The notes under the pieces were generated by a model. It did not search any database and was not told where the DNA came from. It saw nothing but the letters and a program-made list of their open reading frames with translations. 64,000 nt of DNA from positions 2,560,001 through 2,624,000 of the forward strand of contig OZ271854.1 of assembly GCA_965601925.1 (NCBI GenBank), in the 5' to 3' direction. Numbering within the stretch: the first letter of the stretch is position 1; each line of letters starts with the position of its first letter. Both the position numbers and the translations under genes were made by a program. This DNA comes from Alkalispirochaeta sp. (GTDB taxonomy: Bacteria; Spirochaetota; Spirochaetia; DSM-27196; Alkalispirochaetaceae). This document shows positions 1-13,220 of this stretch, one piece after another.

Positions 1-79
1 TACGATTCGTCGCGAACCCGCTTTGTTCCTCACATACGGTCCCTGGCGCGATATCTTAGTGCTCTTTATACTTAACGGC

Positions 80-1639
80 GTGAGTATGCGCGAGCGATCG
101 AAACGCATGGTACGCGGACGGGACCGAGAACGAGAGCGCTTGGACGACTTGAAATCATACCGCATCGTCGGAACTCCCGCAGAGCGTGATTTCGACGACA
201 TTGCAGACGTTGCGGCGTCTTTGGCTCATGTCCCGATGGCCTACGTGAGCTTCGTCGATGAAACAAATCTTTGGTTTAAGGCGGCTCACGGCTTTGACGC
301 CGTATCGATGCCGCGTGAGAAGACCTATTGTCAATATGTCGTTCTCGGCGGCCGGCCCGTCGTTATCTCCGATACACGGCTGGATACCGAACACACCCCG
401 GAGTCCGACGAGGGAGGACTTGCCGAGATGATTCGGTTCTATCTCGGCGTGCCGCTCATGTCCAGGCGGGGTCTCGCATTGGGTTCTCTATGCGTCGTCG
501 ATACTCAACCGCGCGATGTTCCCGATGGCCTCGTGGAGCTCATTACCAAGCTTGCGCGTCAAGTCTCGGCGCAGCTCGAGCTTCGTAAGACGAACATGAC
601 CTTGGCTGAGGAGCGCGATACGTTTTCGGTGCTCTTCGAGGCCGCCCCTGCACCGCTCTTGTTAGTTCGCGACGACGTTATCGTTCGTGCAAATCGCGCG
701 TTTACCACGTTGTCGGCCGAGCCGTCGTCGACACAGTTGGAGGCCCGGTCGACGCGCGCCTTCTTTGCAGCGCTCCCGACAGAAGAGGGCACGCCCATCG
801 AGACGAGTGTGACGAGTCGCACCGGCGAGCCGATTCCGGCGCTTGCATATCTCACTCGCCTGTCGAAGGGGGACGATACGTACGACTTGATAGCCTTCAC
901 TGACATTCGTGACAGAAAAGCGAAGGAACACATGCTTCGCTCTCAGCGTGTGAAGGCGGAGAATGCCAATCGAATTAAAGACACGTTTTTGTCCCTTGTT
1001 TCCCACGATTTGAAGTCACCGCTCTCGGGGATCTTCTCCATGCTCGATCTTCTCGCGAAGGAAGGCGATTCTTTTACAAAAGAGGAACGGGACGAAGCCA
1101 TTCGCGAGCTCCGCTCTTCGGTGGCAATTTCGGTTGAGATGATTAACCAACTTCTTAATATCCATCGTCTGCAGAGCGGATATGTGGAGGTCGATTGCAC
1201 CGATGTGGAGGTTCGTACACTCATCGAGCACATCACGCTCAGTCTCAGTAGTCAGATCCGCGAGAAGGCGCTCCATATCGAGCTCGATATCGATCCGTCG
1301 TTGACGGTCTACGCCGACATGAACCTGTTTCGTGAGGCGATCTTCAATCTCGTGAGCAACGCGATCAAGTTCTCTCCCGATGAAGGACATATCTACGTCG
1401 GGGCGGTCGGCGCATCGGTGTGGATCGCCGACGAAGGGGTCGGAGTGCCGGCGGAGGATCGTGAGCACCTATTTCGGCAAGAGATCAAAACCAGCCGTCC
1501 CGGCACACGGGGAGAACCGGGAACGGGGCTCGGTCTGCCGCTCACAGCCGACATTATGAAGGCTCACGGCGGGCGCGTGTTTTTGGATGAAGACTACACG
1601 CCCGGCACGCGTTTCGTACTCGAGCTGCCGGATCGATGA
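80..1639 (+). CDS. GAF-PAS sensor histidine kinase
   Basis: N-terminal GAF (FYLGVPL...GSLCVVD), H-box SHDLKSPL, N-box NLVSNAIKF, D/G boxes DEGVGV and GTGLGL. Start placed at GTG 80, 7 nt after TATACT; ATG 86 is also possible. Confidence 0.9.
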   Translation: MSMRERSKRMVRGRDRERERLDDLKSYRIVGTPAERDFDDIADVAASLAHVPMAYVSFVDETNLWFKAAHGFDAVSMPREKTYCQYVVLGGRPVVISDTRLDTEHTPESDEGGLAEMIRFYLGVPLMSRRGLALGSLCVVDTQPRDVPDGLVELITKLARQVSAQLELRKTNMTLAEERDTFSVLFEAAPAPLLLVRDDVIVRANRAFTTLSAEPSSTQLEARSTRAFFAALPTEEGTPIETSVTSRTGEPIPALAYLTRLSKGDDTYDLIAFTDIRDRKAKEHMLRSQRVKAENANRIKDTFLSLVSHDLKSPLSGIFSMLDLLAKEGDSFTKEERDEAIRELRSSVAISVEMINQLLNIHRLQSGYVEVDCTDVEVRTLIEHITLSLSSQIREKALHIELDIDPSLTVYADMNLFREAIFNLVSNAIKFSPDEGHIYVGAVGASVWIADEGVGVPAEDREHLFRQEIKTSRPGTRGEPGTGLGLPLTADIMKAHGGRVFLDEDYTPGTRFVLELPDR

Positions 1640-1655
1640 GTATACATTCCGCAAT

Positions 1656-1686
1656 AAAAAACCCCCGACGCGTTGTACGCCGGGGG
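1656..1686 (-). terminator. Rho-independent terminator of the PFOR gene, possibly bidirectional
   Basis: Minus strand reads CCCCCGGCG-loop-CGTCGGGGG followed by TTTTTT, between convergent genes. Confidence 0.8.
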
Positions 1687-1743
1687 CTTCTGCATCTCGT
1701 ATCGAGGTGATAGTCCCGACGGCAGTCGACCGTCGGAACGGAA

Positions 1744-4956
<3,213 letters not shown>

Positions 4957-5044
4957 CTGTCTTCCTTTAAAACCAGGATTTTCGCCGTCTATCCCGTCCG
5001 TCGGGGTAAGATGCGAATGATTTGTAGGGAGATTTTTCAACCCC

Positions 5045-5073
5045 ACTATAGCCGCTTTTACCGGATCGTGCAA
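5045..5073 (-). promoter_or_regulatory. sigma70-type promoter of PFOR
   Basis: TTGCAC-17 nt-TATAGT on the minus strand. Confidence 0.6.
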
Positions 5074-5179
5074 GCGTGGACGAGCGCGTTGTTGATTTGT
5101 TGTACCCGATTTCACGATAACGACGAGTGCGGTGAACGCCGACGCCCAAAACGAACGTGAGTCGCGTCGGTCCGACGCG

Positions 5180-6847
5180 TTATTCGTACAGAAGCCTCTG
5201 ATAATCGAGCGTCGCGAAGGCGCGCAGCACGACATCGTCGGAATCGGGCGGGTCGGGCCGGGACGGCTCTTCTCGGCGATCCGTCTTCACGATGTCGTCC
5301 AGACGTCCGGCAAACCCCGCGAGTCCGAACTGCTCCGCCACCGCAGCCTCTCCGGACTCCGGCGATCGGTCAAACGCCGAGTCGAGGCGGCGAAGGAGGT
5401 CGCGATTGAGAGCGGCTACCTGCCGTCGAAAGCCGTCGTCGGCGCGCAAGTCCTTGAGATACGTGTATTGCATATGGGGCATGAGAAACGAGAAGTCGAT
5501 CGTGTCGGCGCTTACCATCTCGTCGACCTCGTGGTGGAGACGTTCAATAACCTCCGTCGAGAGCGATGAGGCGAGTCGGTCTATCCGCTCGGTGTATCGA
5601 AATCGCAGGAGCGCCTGAGGACCCGACAACGACGGACTCGTTGAAGGCACCGCAATACGACGATAGAACGCATGGGGCCACCGTTCATACAACGGCTCTA
5701 TATCGGTCAGAACGTCGAGATGTCGTGCGATCAACGGTTTTGCTTGGAGAAGCGGCGCTATGAACTGATATCCGAACCCCTCCTGCACGGAACTCGAGAT
5801 GATTGCATCCGCGGTCGCCTGCAGCTCGGAGAAGGTGACACCCGCCTCGTCGAGGCTGCCTCCGATGCCCCACAGCCCGGGAATGGTGCCGTCTCGAAAA
5901 GCGTGACGTACCATCTGGGAATAGGCCTTTTCCGCTTGCGAGACGCCGGGAAGCGTCACAATGAGCGACGACGGCTCCTCACCGAGCATTACGATCAGCG
6001 CCGCCTCGAAGATGTTTTTGCGCCGTATCGTTCGCACCGGATAGAGAAACAGTCTATGATCCGGAGAGAAGTAGGCGAACGTTTTGTCGAACGCGTTCGC
6101 GAGTCGCTTCCGGATATGCCTGCGCGATTCCGGTTGTCCGTCGCCTCTCGCATCGGTGGAAACGCGAACCGGGTTGGGAAGATACGTCGCGTGGTCGATT
6201 CCGGCACGTTGCAATACATCTCTATCCCGGGAGTTGATCGTTACGTACGTCAGGTTGGGCCGGTTGGGATACAGGCGCTCGATTCCCGCTTGACGCAGAA
6301 ACCGAAGGTTGCTGTACCGTCCGCACTCGGGGAAGTCATGGATATGAAGGATGATGCGTTGATCCGGCGCCCGCCGCGAGACGGCGATCAGCGCCTTGGT
6401 GAAGGCCGGGTTCTTTCCGAGGTGGTGGTTATGGACCCACCATACGCTATCGGGCCCTCCCCAGCGCTCAAGAAGTGTATCGGCAAGGCGTCGAGACAGG
6501 ATCGCGGCGCCCGCGCTCACGTCCTCGGAACGTACCCGACCTACGGGGCCCGGCGACTCCTCCGACGCGGCGTCACTCCTCTCCGTCGTATCACCGGCGA
6601 CCGTGTCGGATTTTTCCGTGGAGCCCTCGGCAAGTTCGGCGAGGCGTTGACGGGAGGTGTAGCCGATCTCCGGTAACACCTCCACGCGTACGCGTTTGCG
6701 TAGCACGTCGGCGCTCTCCTCGCTGCCGGAGACGACCACAACCGAATCAACGACACGACTGTAGCTGTCTATTGCCTCCGCCATCGCGTCGATGACCCCC
6801 GTCACACCACCCGGAAGAACGTGGTAATGAAACACAACAAGCTGCAC
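5180..6847 (-). CDS. GT-B (GT4-like) glycosyltransferase
   Basis: HYHVLPGGVT N-terminus, YPVRTIRRKN and SSVQEGFG motifs; AAAGGA RBS; divergent from a GH13_18 phosphorylase. Confidence 0.8.
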   Translation of the reverse strand: MQLVVFHYHVLPGGVTGVIDAMAEAIDSYSRVVDSVVVVSGSEESADVLRKRVRVEVLPEIGYTSRQRLAELAEGSTEKSDTVAGDTTERSDAASEESPGPVGRVRSEDVSAGAAILSRRLADTLLERWGGPDSVWWVHNHHLGKNPAFTKALIAVSRRAPDQRIILHIHDFPECGRYSNLRFLRQAGIERLYPNRPNLTYVTINSRDRDVLQRAGIDHATYLPNPVRVSTDARGDGQPESRRHIRKRLANAFDKTFAYFSPDHRLFLYPVRTIRRKNIFEAALIVMLGEEPSSLIVTLPGVSQAEKAYSQMVRHAFRDGTIPGLWGIGGSLDEAGVTFSELQATADAIISSSVQEGFGYQFIAPLLQAKPLIARHLDVLTDIEPLYERWPHAFYRRIAVPSTSPSLSGPQALLRFRYTERIDRLASSLSTEVIERLHHEVDEMVSADTIDFSFLMPHMQYTYLKDLRADDGFRRQVAALNRDLLRRLDSAFDRSPESGEAAVAEQFGLAGFAGRLDDIVKTDRREEPSRPDPPDSDDVVLRAFATLDYQRLLYE

Positions 6848-6962
6848 AGGCCGTCCTTTCAGCTCCGTAAGCCGGAAGAAAGCTCCCGGAAACGCACGGA
6901 GTCGTAAATCGGCGGTCTCGACGAATTGCGGGACACCGCTTCTCTGTCCTATTCTTGTGGCT

Positions 6963-8744
6963 ATGGACGCTGTTGTAAAGCAACTAATAGAGGTGCTCTA
7001 CCCGAACGAGCCGGATGCGGCGGATCGGGTGTTGGAGTTGGTGGAACGGTACAAGCCGACGATCGCCCGGCAACGGGAACGGTTCTCCGACGCCGTCGGT
7101 GATTTTCCGCTCTCTGCCGACGATGCGATCCTCATCACCTATGGGGACACCTTTCGCGGCGACGATGGCAAGCCCTTGGGGTATCTCTTTCGCTTTCTCG
7201 ATGAAGTGTGCGAGGCGACTCTGTCGGGTGTGCACATTCTACCCTTTTCTCCGTACTCTTCCGACGACGGGTTTTCGGTGATTGACTATACGGAGATCAA
7301 CCCGGACCTCGGAACGTGGGACCACATTGAGACGATAGCCGGCGAGTTTCGCCTCATGGCCGATTTAGTGCTGAACCATTGCTCGGCGGAGGGTCCGTGG
7401 TTTCAACGTTTTCTCAAAAACGAGGAGCCCTATAACGAGTACTTTATCAGCGCCGACCCCGACAGCGACTACAGTATGGTCGTGCGTCCCCGCGCGCTAC
7501 CGCTGTTGACTCCGTTCGACACCACCGACGGCGTTAAGCACGTGTGGACGACCTTTAGCGCCGATCAAGTCGATCTCAACTGGAACAACGTGCGAGTAAT
7601 GCTGGAGATGGTGGAGATCTTCCTCTCCTACCTGGCCCACGGTGCACAGGTCGTGCGCCTCGATGCGATAGCCTATCTGTGGAAGGAGATCGGTCACTCG
7701 AGTATCCACCACCCCCACACGCATCGAATGGTGAAGTTGTTTCGCCGCGTCATGGAGCTTGCCGATCCCCACAGCATTCTCATCACCGAGACCAACGTTC
7801 CCCACGCGGAAAACGTCTCGTATTTCGGCGACGGCGACGAGGCGCACATGGTCTACAACTTCTCGTTGCCGCCGTTGCTCCTCGAGGCGGTTACGCGCGG
7901 CGACGCCGGCCACTTGAGCCAGTGGGCGGCGGGTCTCGAAGATCCCGGACCGGGAGCGAGCTACTTCAATTTCTGCGCGAGCCACGACGGCATCGGACTC
8001 ACACCGACGCACGGAATCCTCTCCGACGACGAGCGCGATAAGCTCATCGCCGCCGTGTTGGAACGCGGCGGCCGCGTCTCTTATAAGGCGACGGCATCCG
8101 GGAAGATTCCCTACGAGATGAACGTGAATTACCTCTCGGCCTCGGCGGACCCCAACCTTCCCGACGCTCAACGCGCCCGGATTTTTCTCGTGACGCAAGC
8201 GGTGATGCTCGCCATGGCCGGCGTTCCGGGAATATACGTACATAGTCTGATCGGCTCGCAAAACTGGACGGAGGGTGTCGAGGAGACCGGTATGAACCGG
8301 ACGATCAACCGGGAGAAACTCGATTTCGAGACGATCAAAGCCGAGTTGGAAGATGAGGAAAGCCTGCGTAGCATCGTCTTCACCGGATACAAGCACCTTC
8401 TTCGCGCCAGAGCCGACGAGGCGGCTTTTCATCCCCGTAGTCCGCAGCGAGTCGTCGAGAGCGACCGGCGACTGTTCGTGCTCGCGCGTGGGCCCTATGC
8501 CGAACGGGACGCGCAACACGGCGAGGGGCGCCCGAACGAGCGGGCATCGTCCGGCCACGTGCTCGCCATTCACAATCTCTCCGGCGACATCGTCGAGTTT
8601 CGCGACCGTAGGGATCGCTACCCATGGCGCGACGACGGTGTCGTGCGCGATCTCATCAGCGACGACTTGGTGTATCCCGTCTCGGACGGGGCGCTCTTTT
8701 CACTGGAGTTAGAACCGTATGAGGTGATGTGGCTCCAGTTTTGA
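6963..8744 (+). CDS. GH13_18 sucrose-phosphorylase-family enzyme, likely glucosylglycerate phosphorylase (YcjM-like)
   Basis: GVHILPF, SSDDGF, DLVLNH, WTTFSADQVDLN, RLDA, ITETN, ASHDGIG and YEMN motifs. Confidence 0.85.
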   Translation: MDAVVKQLIEVLYPNEPDAADRVLELVERYKPTIARQRERFSDAVGDFPLSADDAILITYGDTFRGDDGKPLGYLFRFLDEVCEATLSGVHILPFSPYSSDDGFSVIDYTEINPDLGTWDHIETIAGEFRLMADLVLNHCSAEGPWFQRFLKNEEPYNEYFISADPDSDYSMVVRPRALPLLTPFDTTDGVKHVWTTFSADQVDLNWNNVRVMLEMVEIFLSYLAHGAQVVRLDAIAYLWKEIGHSSIHHPHTHRMVKLFRRVMELADPHSILITETNVPHAENVSYFGDGDEAHMVYNFSLPPLLLEAVTRGDAGHLSQWAAGLEDPGPGASYFNFCASHDGIGLTPTHGILSDDERDKLIAAVLERGGRVSYKATASGKIPYEMNVNYLSASADPNLPDAQRARIFLVTQAVMLAMAGVPGIYVHSLIGSQNWTEGVEETGMNRTINREKLDFETIKAELEDEESLRSIVFTGYKHLLRARADEAAFHPRSPQRVVESDRRLFVLARGPYAERDAQHGEGRPNERASSGHVLAIHNLSGDIVEFRDRRDRYPWRDDGVVRDLISDDLVYPVSDGALFSLELEPYEVMWLQF

Positions 8745-8770
8745 TCTCGTCGCGCCGAATGAATCTATAG

Positions 8771-9307
8771 GTGATGCCGGTACATAGAAGCGAGTTTGTA
8801 CACGCCGCCCGCCGCGTGAAGATCGGTGGATTCCGGCGCCGACTACGGATCTCTCTGTCCGTCGCGATGGTGATTGCATGGGCGATCGTACCGGTTGCGG
8901 CGCAGGAACGCGTTGCCGAAGAACCGATGCCTCCCGACGCATTGGAGCCCCCTGCATGGCCGCGTTCCACGCGAGTGTTTCGTTCGCCGGAGCCCTTCTC
9001 ATTGAACGGTTACGACGCGCGGCAGGCGACGGCGATGATCCGTCGCGCTGGTTTGCTCGTTCGCGGCGGCGACACCGCATCGCGGGAAATTATCGTGGTG
9101 GACGCCGTCCGTGCCGTCCGTGGAGAGATCATCGACGAATATCCGCCGCTCCATCGACAACGATGGGACATCCTCCTCAACGGCGCGCCGATCGATTGGG
9201 ACGATACCTACATTGAATACGGCGGGCAGTTGGTGAATCTGCAACTGCTGTTTACCTACCGCAACCAACGACCGGTTCCGCCGGTTCCCTTTGTGCTCGA
9301 TCGATAG
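8771..9307 (+). CDS. Hypothetical secreted protein (start uncertain, possibly GTG 8817)
   Basis: Signal-peptide-like RISLSVAMVIAWAIVPVAA-Q; follows the phosphorylase closely. Confidence 0.6.
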   Translation: MMPVHRSEFVHAARRVKIGGFRRRLRISLSVAMVIAWAIVPVAAQERVAEEPMPPDALEPPAWPRSTRVFRSPEPFSLNGYDARQATAMIRRAGLLVRGGDTASREIIVVDAVRAVRGEIIDEYPPLHRQRWDILLNGAPIDWDDTYIEYGGQLVNLQLLFTYRNQRPVPPVPFVLDR

Positions 9308-9335
9308 ACGTTGCGCAGGTCGCGGCGCCCGAAGT

Positions 9336-11576
9336 CTACCACTGGTACCCGTCACCGCCGACGGTAAAGGCGGGACCCAGAAGCACGTAGGCCAAAGCGC
9401 GGAAGTCTTCATTCATCGAGACTCCGATGTTGAGCTCTCCCAAAATCGTGTTGAATGCAAGGGCGGCTCGCGCTCCGGCAATCGCCTCAAACTCAACGAT
9501 CTCGTCGATATCTTCGGTCCAGATGCGTCCGACGTTACCGCCGATGCGAATGTACGCCTCCTCGCCGATGCCGAGCGGAAGATCGAAGATGGCGATGCGG
9601 AGGTCCGCACCGAGCCCGACGACGTGGTTGCCGCGCAGTTCGTTGTAGTAGTAGCCCTCGAAGATTTCTGCGCCGCCGGTGGAAAACTGCTCGTATTCGG
9701 GTAGCCCGGAGTCGAAGTCGGTGCCCAGTGCGCCGCGAATCTGCACGTTCAGCACGCGACCGAGGGGGATGAAATGTCGCGTCGATATCCCGAAGCGATC
9801 GTTCGCCGACTCTTCTTCGTCGTCATAGCGCCACCGATATCCGATGGTCGTCTCGCCCCCGCGATTCGGAAAGATCGGACGGTCGAGGTCGTCGAAGCGT
9901 AACTGCCCGCTCACCCCGACCCTCAGGGCGTCGATCTCTTCAATTTGATCGACTCCCTGCACGCGATCCAAGGCGAACTGCTCGACGAATCCCGATACGA
10001 CCACCAATGCGCGGCGTAGTGCGGTGAAATCGAATCCCAGCTCGGCGCCGGTCCGGCTCTGTAGATAGAGCGACTCCACCGTTCTTCCGTCGTAGAAGAT
10101 CAGTGGGGGTGCCAATGAGTAGGCGCCGATCGTGGCGCGCAGCGAGGCTATCACTGCGCCCGATACGGTGATACGGGCCTGAGGAACCTCGGTGAGCCAG
10201 ATGTCGGTCTCCAATAGTCCCCGTTCGGTGTTCATGCGGGAGCGGTAATTGAGGTTGAGTATCGAGCGATCGTTAACCTCGCCGTCAAGCGAAGAGCGAA
10301 ACCCGATACCGAGGCGTACCTCCGAATCGAAGGGCCGTTGAATGACGGCGTAGAGCACCACGTCATGCGCTCCGTCCTCGCGGCGAATTAGATCGTAAGA
10401 AACGTATTCGTACGCCCCGCCGTCGTAGAGGGCGTATATCGTCTCGCGGAGCTCCTCCCGGGTGAACCGCCCGTTGCGCAAGACGCGGCGCAACGCCTCG
10501 AGCTCCTCGGTGATGGGGTTCTCGAACGGAAACTCGATGCGCACGTCTCGTATCTGAAGATACTCGTCACGCCGTGAGGTCGGCGGCTCGTCGATCGTCC
10601 GAGGCGATTCCGCCGTCCCGTCGGATACCGTAGCGTCGAGGCGTTCTCTCAGCGCAACCAACTCGTCCCGCATCTCCAGTGCCGCCTGACGTCCCACCTC
10701 TACCAGCTCCAACGCGGAGCCGAAGTCCGTCGTCGTGTACTCCCGAAGATCGGGAGCGATGACGATGTCGGCAAGCTCCAGATTCCGCGAGAGTATCCGA
10801 CGGCGTAGAATCATATTGGACTGATCGGCAATCGTGAAGATATCGCGCAGCTCCTCGATATCGCGATCCGTCGTGATGAGGCTGACGGCGATGGTCGTAT
10901 GCGCGCCGAGATCGACCACGGCGTCGACCGGCAGGTTGTTTACCCAGCCGCCGTCGATCAGATAACGCCCGTCGTAGTACAGGGGCGACACCACTCCCGG
11001 TACGGCCATGCTCGCCCGAACGGCGCTTTTGAGGTCGCCGGACGTAAAGACGATCTCCTCGCCCGATACGAGGTCGGTCGCGACGATAGCAAGGGATCGC
11101 GGCAGATCCCGAAAGTCCTCGACGTCGGCGTGGTCTTCCAGCAGCTCGTCGAGAAACTCCACGACATTCTGCCCCGCCGACAAGCCGGAACGTCCCAACA
11201 ACGCACCGTCTGCAAAGCGGAGAGAGAAGCGATACCGGCGCGTCGATTCTTTGGCGTCGTAGTCGAGATATTCCCGGATAGGCGTATCGAAGAACAGGGC
11301 GTTCCAGTCGACCTCCTCCACGATGCGGAGGAGCTCCTCGACGGTGTATCCCGCGGCGTACAGCGATCCCACGATGCTCCCGATACTCGTGCCGGAGACG
11401 TACTGCGGATCAAAGCCGAGCTCTTCCAAGACGGTTATCACGCCCAAGTGCGCAAACCCGAGCGCCCCGCCGCCGGCCAACGCCAAACCCAGCCCCTCTT
11501 GTGCCGATACCGTAGGCGGATGGCTCGCCGCGGAGAGTGCGAATAGTAGAAAACCTGCGGTTAGAAATCGTTTCAT
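9336..11576 (-). CDS. Patatin-like phospholipase with POTRA/Omp85-type C-terminal barrel (PlpD-like)
   Basis: Signal peptide, GGGALG, GTSIG (GxSxG) and DGG motifs; C-terminal amphipathic beta strands. Confidence 0.85.
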   Translation of the reverse strand: MKRFLTAGFLLFALSAASHPPTVSAQEGLGLALAGGGALGFAHLGVITVLEELGFDPQYVSGTSIGSIVGSLYAAGYTVEELLRIVEEVDWNALFFDTPIREYLDYDAKESTRRYRFSLRFADGALLGRSGLSAGQNVVEFLDELLEDHADVEDFRDLPRSLAIVATDLVSGEEIVFTSGDLKSAVRASMAVPGVVSPLYYDGRYLIDGGWVNNLPVDAVVDLGAHTTIAVSLITTDRDIEELRDIFTIADQSNMILRRRILSRNLELADIVIAPDLREYTTTDFGSALELVEVGRQAALEMRDELVALRERLDATVSDGTAESPRTIDEPPTSRRDEYLQIRDVRIEFPFENPITEELEALRRVLRNGRFTREELRETIYALYDGGAYEYVSYDLIRREDGAHDVVLYAVIQRPFDSEVRLGIGFRSSLDGEVNDRSILNLNYRSRMNTERGLLETDIWLTEVPQARITVSGAVIASLRATIGAYSLAPPLIFYDGRTVESLYLQSRTGAELGFDFTALRRALVVVSGFVEQFALDRVQGVDQIEEIDALRVGVSGQLRFDDLDRPIFPNRGGETTIGYRWRYDDEEESANDRFGISTRHFIPLGRVLNVQIRGALGTDFDSGLPEYEQFSTGGAEIFEGYYYNELRGNHVVGLGADLRIAIFDLPLGIGEEAYIRIGGNVGRIWTEDIDEIVEFEAIAGARAALAFNTILGELNIGVSMNEDFRALAYVLLGPAFTVGGDGYQW

Positions 11577-11870
11577 GGGTGAGGTTCACACACTAATTCG
11601 TCGACGCCGGTGTGGTCAAGGAACGATGTGTTCCAAGCGTATTCGGGTGCGCGCTCACCGACTCGGCGAGGTCTCCGGGAGACCATTCATGTTGCCTCGC
11701 CCCGGCGCACCGACGCGTCTGCGCGGCGCTACGCGTTCGGGTTTCTCCGGCGCGTAGTCCGCCCGGCGCGATCCGGACGAACGATGTGATTGCAAATGAG
11801 AGCACAATCGGCCGCAACGACGCCGGAAACCCGGCCATACGCGAGCGCCAAATGGCGGTGCCGCTCGCGT

Positions 11871-13148
11871 CTACGGACAGCCCAGAGCGGCATCCTCTAC
11901 ACCGTAGAAACTGCGCGCTATGTACCACAGCTTCTTTTCCAAGTTGGTGTAGGAGAAGTATTTCAGGGCGAGATCGTAGTTCACCTCGACCATCTTCTCC
12001 GCGAGGCTCGGGTTATCCAGTACCTCGACGGTGCGCCGGATCGTCTCGTTCGAGACGAAATCGTCCATCTCGACGACACGGAACCCGAGCGGTTTGATGT
12101 CGTGGGAGTAAATCGAATAGTTGTTGACGACGATCGGTTTACGGAAATAGACCGCCTCCAGAAAGGCGTTCCCGAACCCCTCGAAGATCGACGGATACGT
12201 AACGAGATCGGCGTGGGGGTACACATCCTGCAGACTATATATCTTGCGTCCGTCGGAGGTCGTATCGCGTCGATCACCGATAACATCGTCGACGAAGATC
12301 GCTCGGATTCCCAACAACTCGGCGTATTCTTTTACTCGCGTCTGATATTCGTACCCCTCGTCTCCTGAGGCGTGCGAGATTACCAGCGCCGCCTTGCGAC
12401 CCAATCGAGCCACCAACTCGATGGCGTGTTCGATACCCTTCCGCTGGACGACGCGCGTCGGTTGTAAAATGAACAGTTCGTCGTCCGCGACACCTAACGC
12501 CCGGCGTACATCTTCGTTGTATTCGTCCAGCCCCGGGGCCGGCGTCTCGAAGTCCATCACGTTGGGAATGAGCGTGGAGCTGATACCGGTGCGCAGCGCG
12601 AGTTGGTTTTGTCCCGACGTGTTGATAACGACGTGGTGAACGTTGGGCAAGTGCGGTGGGAAGCAACTGTTGAGATAGTCCCACACGCAGTTGACCAGAA
12701 ACCGTTTACGCTCCCAAAAAAAATCGTGGTGGTGAGCGATCGTGTGAGTACCCGTCTCGGCGATGAACTCGGTAATCGCCATTCCCAGCGGTACGTTGAG
12801 CGGAATCGTAACTGCGTTTTCGGGGACGAGAATATCGATGTTGAATCGTTCGGCGAACTCGTACAGCGACGCCTTTATCTTTTCGCGGTGGTCGTGCAAC
12901 GTATGGGTGAGCTCTGCGGGGCGTACGGTGTTGGAGAAGCACGCCCGATAGGTGGAGCGGACATTCGGCTCTTGGAAATGAAAGTACGGCGCAAGCATAC
13001 TGTTGTCTTCCGGCGTATCCAGCTCACCGCCCAGGTAATAACAACTGCACCCGTTTCGCTCGAAGATGTCGGCCCACTTTTTGGTTTCAAGCGAGACCCC
13101 GTCGGTTCCGGCGATCCTGAATGAGACAAAGCCGATACGTTTATTCAT
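11871..13148 (-). CDS. GT4 glycosyltransferase, mannosylglucosylglycerate synthase (MggS)-like
   Basis: GTDGVSLETKKW, HHHDFFWER, QPTRVVQRKGIE and YPSIFEGFGNA motifs. Confidence 0.8.
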   Translation of the reverse strand: MNKRIGFVSFRIAGTDGVSLETKKWADIFERNGCSCYYLGGELDTPEDNSMLAPYFHFQEPNVRSTYRACFSNTVRPAELTHTLHDHREKIKASLYEFAERFNIDILVPENAVTIPLNVPLGMAITEFIAETGTHTIAHHHDFFWERKRFLVNCVWDYLNSCFPPHLPNVHHVVINTSGQNQLALRTGISSTLIPNVMDFETPAPGLDEYNEDVRRALGVADDELFILQPTRVVQRKGIEHAIELVARLGRKAALVISHASGDEGYEYQTRVKEYAELLGIRAIFVDDVIGDRRDTTSDGRKIYSLQDVYPHADLVTYPSIFEGFGNAFLEAVYFRKPIVVNNYSIYSHDIKPLGFRVVEMDDFVSNETIRRTVEVLDNPSLAEKMVEVNYDLALKYFSYTNLEKKLWYIARSFYGVEDAALGCP

Positions 13149-13220
13149 GTAGGAAAGTGTAGGATGGGATCGGTATCCGTGCAACCTTGGGTATCCTCCG
13201 CGTCCCGCCTAAGAATCTAT

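Noticed and set aside
5100..5117. Rex-like operator TTGTACCCGATTTCACGA upstream of PFOR
   Set aside because: Four mismatches to the Rex consensus; plausible but too weak to call
4957..5235. 93-aa N-terminal extension of PFOR in the ORF track
   Set aside because: It overlaps the upstream gene and promoter; homology and the RBS begin at ATG 4956
11580..11870. GC-rich hairpins or ncRNA in the intergenic gap
   Set aside because: No recognisable RNA-family motif; hairpins are expected at this GC content
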